A stretch of 64,000 bases of DNA, from positions 149,190-213,189 of the IMG/VR virus record IMGVR_UViG_3300037010_001227. The stretch is one strand, 5' to 3'. The position numbers were made by a program, and so were the translations under genes. Below, in pieces: positions 60,164-64,000 of the stretch. Within the stretch, counting starts at the first letter, position 1, and each line of letters opens with the position of its first letter. The notes beneath the pieces are model-generated. The model did not search any database. It had not been told where the DNA came from and saw only the letters and a list, made by a program, of their open reading frames with translations.

Positions 60164-60412
60164 ATGAAAAATATTCCTGCTGAAGTTAAAGCATTAGTAA
60201 AAATGGGTTGCGCCGTTCTTTTAGTAGTATTAGCAGTCATTTTCCTTTGTATTAGTGGCATTTCTTGGTTGTTTTTATTCATCTGGAAAACAGTAGCTGT
60301 TGCTAAGTTTGCAGCGCCTGTGTTAACATATTGGAATATATTTGGTATTGTAACTGCCATTTGGTTTGTTGGTGGTCTTCTATTTGGAAATAACAATAAA
60401 AAGTCTAGTTAA
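60164..60412 (+). CDS. Small membrane protein
   Basis: Two or three hydrophobic segments. Confidence 0.7.
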   Translation: MKNIPAEVKALVKMGCAVLLVVLAVIFLCISGISWLFLFIWKTVAVAKFAAPVLTYWNIFGIVTAIWFVGGLLFGNNNKKSS

Positions 60413-60423
60413 GAAAGAAGATA

Positions 60424-61188
60424 ATGGAATCTGCTGTAGAAAAAATTGTAATAAATGTTGAAGATTACATTCCTTATGTAGATAGTATTGCATACAGACT
60501 TTGTAGAGCTTTTGGTTGTTTAAATGATTTTGATGATTTAAAATCTTGTGGTTACTTTGGATTAATGGAAGCTGTTAAACGTTACGATGATACTAAAAAC
60601 GTAACGTTTAAACAGTTTGCATATATCAGAATTTCTGGTGCGATTCTTGATGGTATGCGATCTTTATACGCAGGTAGTAAGAAGGCTGTTTCTTTTAAAA
60701 AGAAGCTAGAAGAAGTTTCAACACGATTGAAAACGGATCAAAGTGATATTCTTGCAGAAGAACTAGGAATGTCACTAAAAGAATTCAACAAAAACAAGAA
60801 TAACCTCAATAAAATGTGTAGAGTAACTTTCACAGATCTTTGCGGAAGTGGTAAATCAGCTTCTACTAATCAGATAGAAAATAAAGACGATTTATCTGAT
60901 CTACCACAAATTTTTGCAGATTATTTAACAACTCCTGATGTAGATTCATCTTTGATTTGTGATGAAATTTGGAAGTTTATTGCATCCAGGTATGATGAAC
61001 GTGAATGTGCAATCATGGATATGATTTATAGACAAGAAATGACTATGGCTGAAGTTGGTCATACCATCAATCTAACTGAATGTCGTATTTCACAAATTCA
61101 CGTTCAGATTATTAACGATATCAAGTATAGGTTATTTAAATTACCAAAACGAGAAAAACAAAATGGAAAGAAAGATAAAGATAACTAA
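60424..61188 (+). CDS. Sigma-70 family sigma factor, FliA/WhiG-like
   Basis: DLKSCGYFGLMEAVKRYD; FKQFAYIRISGAILD; region 3 LAEELG; region 4 EVG..INLTECRISQIH. Confidence 0.88.
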   Translation: MESAVEKIVINVEDYIPYVDSIAYRLCRAFGCLNDFDDLKSCGYFGLMEAVKRYDDTKNVTFKQFAYIRISGAILDGMRSLYAGSKKAVSFKKKLEEVSTRLKTDQSDILAEELGMSLKEFNKNKNNLNKMCRVTFTDLCGSGKSASTNQIENKDDLSDLPQIFADYLTTPDVDSSLICDEIWKFIASRYDERECAIMDMIYRQEMTMAEVGHTINLTECRISQIHVQIINDIKYRLFKLPKREKQNGKKDKDN

Positions 61189-61317
61189 AGCAGAACGAGA
61201 AGAGCATAACCTCTGGCTGAAAGAACAAAAGAAGCTAGATAAAACAACTACTAAGTCAATTGTTACAACATTACCAAAACAAATTAATAAATCTGGACTA
61301 ATACGATAAGGATAACA

Positions 61318-61857
61318 ATGACTTGTATAGTTGGGCTAGTTGATAAAGGTAAAATATGGATTGGAGGAGATTCTGCTGCTGCAAGTGGCACAGAACGACA
61401 TCAATGGAAAAACGCCAAAGTATTTAAGAAAGATAAGTTTATTTTTGGTTACGCTGGATCATTTAGATTTGGCCAAATAATTGAGCATGCTTTTGAAATA
61501 CCTTCAAAATTAGAAGACCAATCTGATTTAGCATACTTTGTAACTACTTTTACTGAATCTCTTATTACTACATTAGAAAATAATAGATTCATGAAAGAAG
61601 ATCAACGAGAGCTAACAGATGCTTCATTACTTATCGGTTACAATGGTTGTTTATATGAGTTCCAAGAAGATTTCACTTTTGGTATTCCAGCAAGAAATTT
61701 TACAGCTATTGGTGTTGGAGATTCCTTTGCATTAGGTGCTTTATACGTTCTGTATGGAACAAATCTAACACCTAAAAGTATCCTAACAAAAGCTCTCGAT
61801 GCTGCAACAACTTATTGTGGTGGTGTAATAGAACCATATACAATTGAATCTGTTTAA
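61318..61857 (+). CDS. HslV/proteasome-beta-like Ntn hydrolase
   Basis: MTCIVG (Thr2 nucleophile position); IGGDSA; AIGVG...ALGAL. Confidence 0.75.
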   Translation: MTCIVGLVDKGKIWIGGDSAAASGTERHQWKNAKVFKKDKFIFGYAGSFRFGQIIEHAFEIPSKLEDQSDLAYFVTTFTESLITTLENNRFMKEDQRELTDASLLIGYNGCLYEFQEDFTFGIPARNFTAIGVGDSFALGALYVLYGTNLTPKSILTKALDAATTYCGGVIEPYTIESV

Positions 61858-61860
61858 TTG

Positions 61861-61892
61861 AAAAAAGCCCGGAATCATCCGGGCTTTTTTTT
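61861..61892. terminator. Bidirectional intrinsic terminator between convergent gene blocks
   Basis: AAAAAAGCCCGGA-atca-TCCGGGCTTTTTT. Confidence 0.9.
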
Positions 61893-61945
61893 GGTCTTTT
61901 TAAAAATAAAAAAATTATGAATAGCTCATATTGAAACTTTACAAC

Positions 61946-62431
61946 TTATAATCCTAAACTTTGCTTAAGAGAGTCTATGTTTTCAGGTTTGAAAGCAACT
62001 AAAAATATTTCGCCGGGAGTAGTAGAATTAGATGATTTATTACCAAAAATATCTGGATCAAATTCAGGAGAAGTTTCACAAGGTTCATCTTCACAAACCT
62101 CTAGATCTTCGATTACATCAGTTGTTTCATCTGTGTCAGTATTTTCTACTGACTCTTCTTCAGCTTCCTCAAAAATTGAGATTAAGTCAAGATCATACAT
62201 ATCTATAAATTCTTGTATAGAATGTGTAATACTTTCTTCACAACCATCCTCAGAGGCTTTAAAATTTGGAATAGAACTTACTATAATATCATATGTTTTA
62301 GGAAGTAACTTTTTTGAAATAATTGCTGCTGCTTCTTCGTCTACTTTAGCTGGAACTTCGCCTAAAGCTACTAAAATCTTGGAAGCACTTTCATTTTTAA
62401 TAAGAGTAAGAGTGAATATTTGGTCGTTCAT
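61946..62431 (-). CDS. Acidic hypothetical protein
   Basis: 161-aa ORF; part of the minus-strand chain. Confidence 0.75.
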   Translation of the reverse strand: MNDQIFTLTLIKNESASKILVALGEVPAKVDEEAAAIISKKLLPKTYDIIVSSIPNFKASEDGCEESITHSIQEFIDMYDLDLISIFEEAEEESVENTDTDETTDVIEDLEVCEDEPCETSPEFDPDIFGNKSSNSTTPGEIFLVAFKPENIDSLKQSLGL

Positions 62432-62447
62432 AAATGTTTTTCTAAGA

Positions 62448-63479
62448 TTAATTGTAGAAAATGTCTAATGGTCCTGAGTAGTTTCTACTTTCATACTGAC
62501 TTGTTCTATTTCTATTAGGGGCAACATCTTCATCTTCTAAAGCACCAGCTCTAGCTATACGTTGTTTAACTGCTGGATCTTGTAACTTAGCAGCACCTTG
62601 TGTATAAGATGCCATATCCTCTTCCGCTTGATTTCTTGCAGGGGGTGCTGGTGGTAATCCATCAGGACCAGAAAGAGGTGTTCGTGGAGTTGGAGGAACT
62701 GGTGCTTTTGCTGGCTCAGAAACAGGTTCAGGTGCTTTTGCTGGCTCAGAAACAGGTTCAGGTGCTTTTGCTGGCTCAGAAACAGGTTCAGGTGCTTTTG
62801 CTGGCTCAGAAACAGGTTCAGTTGGTGCGGGAGACTCAACAGGAGTAGATGCCGCTGATGGCGCTTCGGTTTTCGCTGGTGAGGCCGCTACAACAGGTCC
62901 AGTGGACATTAAATTAGCCTTCTCTATATGAGTTAGCATGTCTTTTTCGTCACTATTAATAGTGTTCATAATACCGGCGGCTTCAGAAGCAGTGATTACT
63001 TTTCTACCACTAAGATCATTTTTGGCCTGAGTTAGTGTAGTAATAGTTTTAGTCAGATAGTCATTTAAAGTAGTCTTTAGATTCCATGGAGCATTATCAA
63101 CAGCTCCTATAGTAACATGTTGTCTTTCTGCAAAGGCTCTCTGTTCTGGAGTAGCAATAGTGTAGCCTGGATAATGTCTCATCACATCTTTGGCTGCTTG
63201 GCTGTCTGGTTTGACTTCTGGAATGCCTACAAATTCATTACCTTTCACCAGTAACATACCATTTCTAATAATGGAGGCATCTGTTCCGATAGCATCACCA
63301 ACAGCGTGAACTTTATCAGAAATCTTACCTTTTGTGTTTCTAATGCCATTCGCGGCATACCTTGCTTTATCTTTTATAACATCTAATAAGTTCTCTTCTA
63401 ATGGCTCTGAGTTTACCTTCTCACAGGTTAGATTGAGATCTTTTAATACAGTTAGGACAACAGATTCTACAGACTTCAT
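62448..63479 (-). CDS. Hypothetical protein with Pro/Ala/Glu linker repeats
   Basis: 343-aa ORF; EPVSEPAKAP repeats. Confidence 0.8.
   Translation of the reverse strand: MKSVESVVLTVLKDLNLTCEKVNSEPLEENLLDVIKDKARYAANGIRNTKGKISDKVHAVGDAIGTDASIIRNGMLLVKGNEFVGIPEVKPDSQAAKDVMRHYPGYTIATPEQRAFAERQHVTIGAVDNAPWNLKTTLNDYLTKTITTLTQAKNDLSGRKVITASEAAGIMNTINSDEKDMLTHIEKANLMSTGPVVAASPAKTEAPSAASTPVESPAPTEPVSEPAKAPEPVSEPAKAPEPVSEPAKAPEPVSEPAKAPVPPTPRTPLSGPDGLPPAPPARNQAEEDMASYTQGAAKLQDPAVKQRIARAGALEDEDVAPNRNRTSQYESRNYSGPLDIFYN
62701..62820. repeat. Four exact 30-nt tandem repeats
   Basis: GGTGCTTTTGCTGGCTCAGAAACAGGTTCA x4. Confidence 0.97.
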
Positions 63480-64000
63480 TATTTTACCGCTCCAGTGCTT
63501 AGTGCCGCAATAACTAACTTAGCAACCCATAATAGGAGGCTGCCGGCAAAGATTAATACTAATTTACTACTTAAAGCAGTTTGTAGTTTTACAACCACTT
63601 TGTCAGTAGGAGAATATTCAGTTCCATCTTCTTTTAAACCAGCTGATTTATATAAAGGAGCTAGTTTTTTATCTAGATGTTGTTTACTTGTATCATTTCG
63701 TGCATCAAGTGCTCTTAATAATTCTTGTTGTGTAGATATAAGAGTTTCTGTCTTAGTTAGTAACTCTTTTAAGTCTACTCTAATTTCATGGAGTTCATTA
63801 TCTTTATTTAGATCAGATGAAATTAGGTCTGTGACGCCTTTTGCGTATTCTACGTTAGCCTTAATTACTAAAGACAGTGCTGTTAATAAAGACTCATTTG
63901 ATACTTCTTGTCGTTTGCTAATTAGTGCTTCCTCTTCAAGAGAAGAAGCGCCGTCTTGAATATCGGTTGATCTAACCCTAACTACTCTTTTAACGTTCAT
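63479..64000 (-). CDS. Coiled-coil protein with C-terminal TM segment (may extend beyond the window)
   Basis: ORF track; LVLIFAGSLLLWVAKLVIAAL at the C-terminus. Confidence 0.65.
   Translation of the reverse strand: MNVKRVVRVRSTDIQDGASSLEEEALISKRQEVSNESLLTALSLVIKANVEYAKGVTDLISSDLNKDNELHEIRVDLKELLTKTETLISTQQELLRALDARNDTSKQHLDKKLAPLYKSAGLKEDGTEYSPTDKVVVKLQTALSSKLVLIFAGSLLLWVAKLVIAALSTGAVK

Noticed and set aside
4423-60396. Antisense or alternate-frame ORFs overlapping recognised genes (e.g. 4423, 17631, 38034, 44349, 45528, 48684, 58740, 59986)
   Set aside because: They overlap confidently identified genes, lack an SD or motifs, and show the Ser/Leu/Phe-rich composition of shadow frames.
40465-61309. 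CGATAA words as sigma-28 -10 elements (40465, 54745, 56249, 61304)
   Set aside because: Two lie too close to start codons, none has a convincing -35 element, and a 6-mer is expected by chance.
61977-62848. + strand ORFs 61977..62468 and 62600..62848, and - strand 62555..62839
   Set aside because: Shadow or alternate frames of the coupled minus-strand genes; the repeats explain the open frames.
1-64000. Stop-codon reassignment as the cause of broken ORFs
   Set aside because: TAA, TAG and TGA all end intact genes with coupled downstream starts, and the lesions include frameshifts and all three stop types.
1-64000. Intact tRNA, rRNA, tmRNA, integrase or transposase genes
   Set aside because: No complete cloverleaf, rRNA-like tract or recombinase/transposase motif was recognised by eye; a covariance-model scan is needed to be sure.

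Overview
AT-rich (roughly one-third GC by eye), gene-dense segment of what is very probably a large lytic-type (jumbo) bacteriophage genome. It uses genetic code 11: TAA, TAG and TGA all end genes, and several TAATG/TAGTG stop-start overlaps occur. About 61.8 kb is transcribed on the + strand. It holds many small hypothetical ORFs, an RNA-repair/translation-support set (2H phosphoesterase, RlaP-like NTase, HAD phosphatase, Rnl2-type ligase, CCA-adding enzyme, Pth2), nucleotide-metabolism genes (dNMP kinase, deaminase, ThyX, 5'-nucleotidase), a MoxR-AAA/VWA-peptidase pair, HU, a replication block (SF2 helicase, DnaB-like helicase, family A polymerase), CoA-pathway genes, a FliA-like sigma factor and an HslV-like Ntn protein. 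A bidirectional terminator at ~61.86 kb marks the switch to - strand genes. Standout observations: (1) a radical SAM/SPASM gene flanked by eight ORFs that all start with the motif MK(T/I/V)RxGFVSNSSS(S/C)SF, conserved at protein but not DNA level, a candidate undescribed protein-modification system; (2) a family A DNA polymerase split into two ORFs 7.2 kb apart with no intein or intron signature; (3) a coaB gene followed by a coaC fused to an M23-like peptidase domain, plus a decayed coaD; (4) eight homing-endonuclease genes, all broken. All assignments come from motif recognition by eye; no database searches were run.
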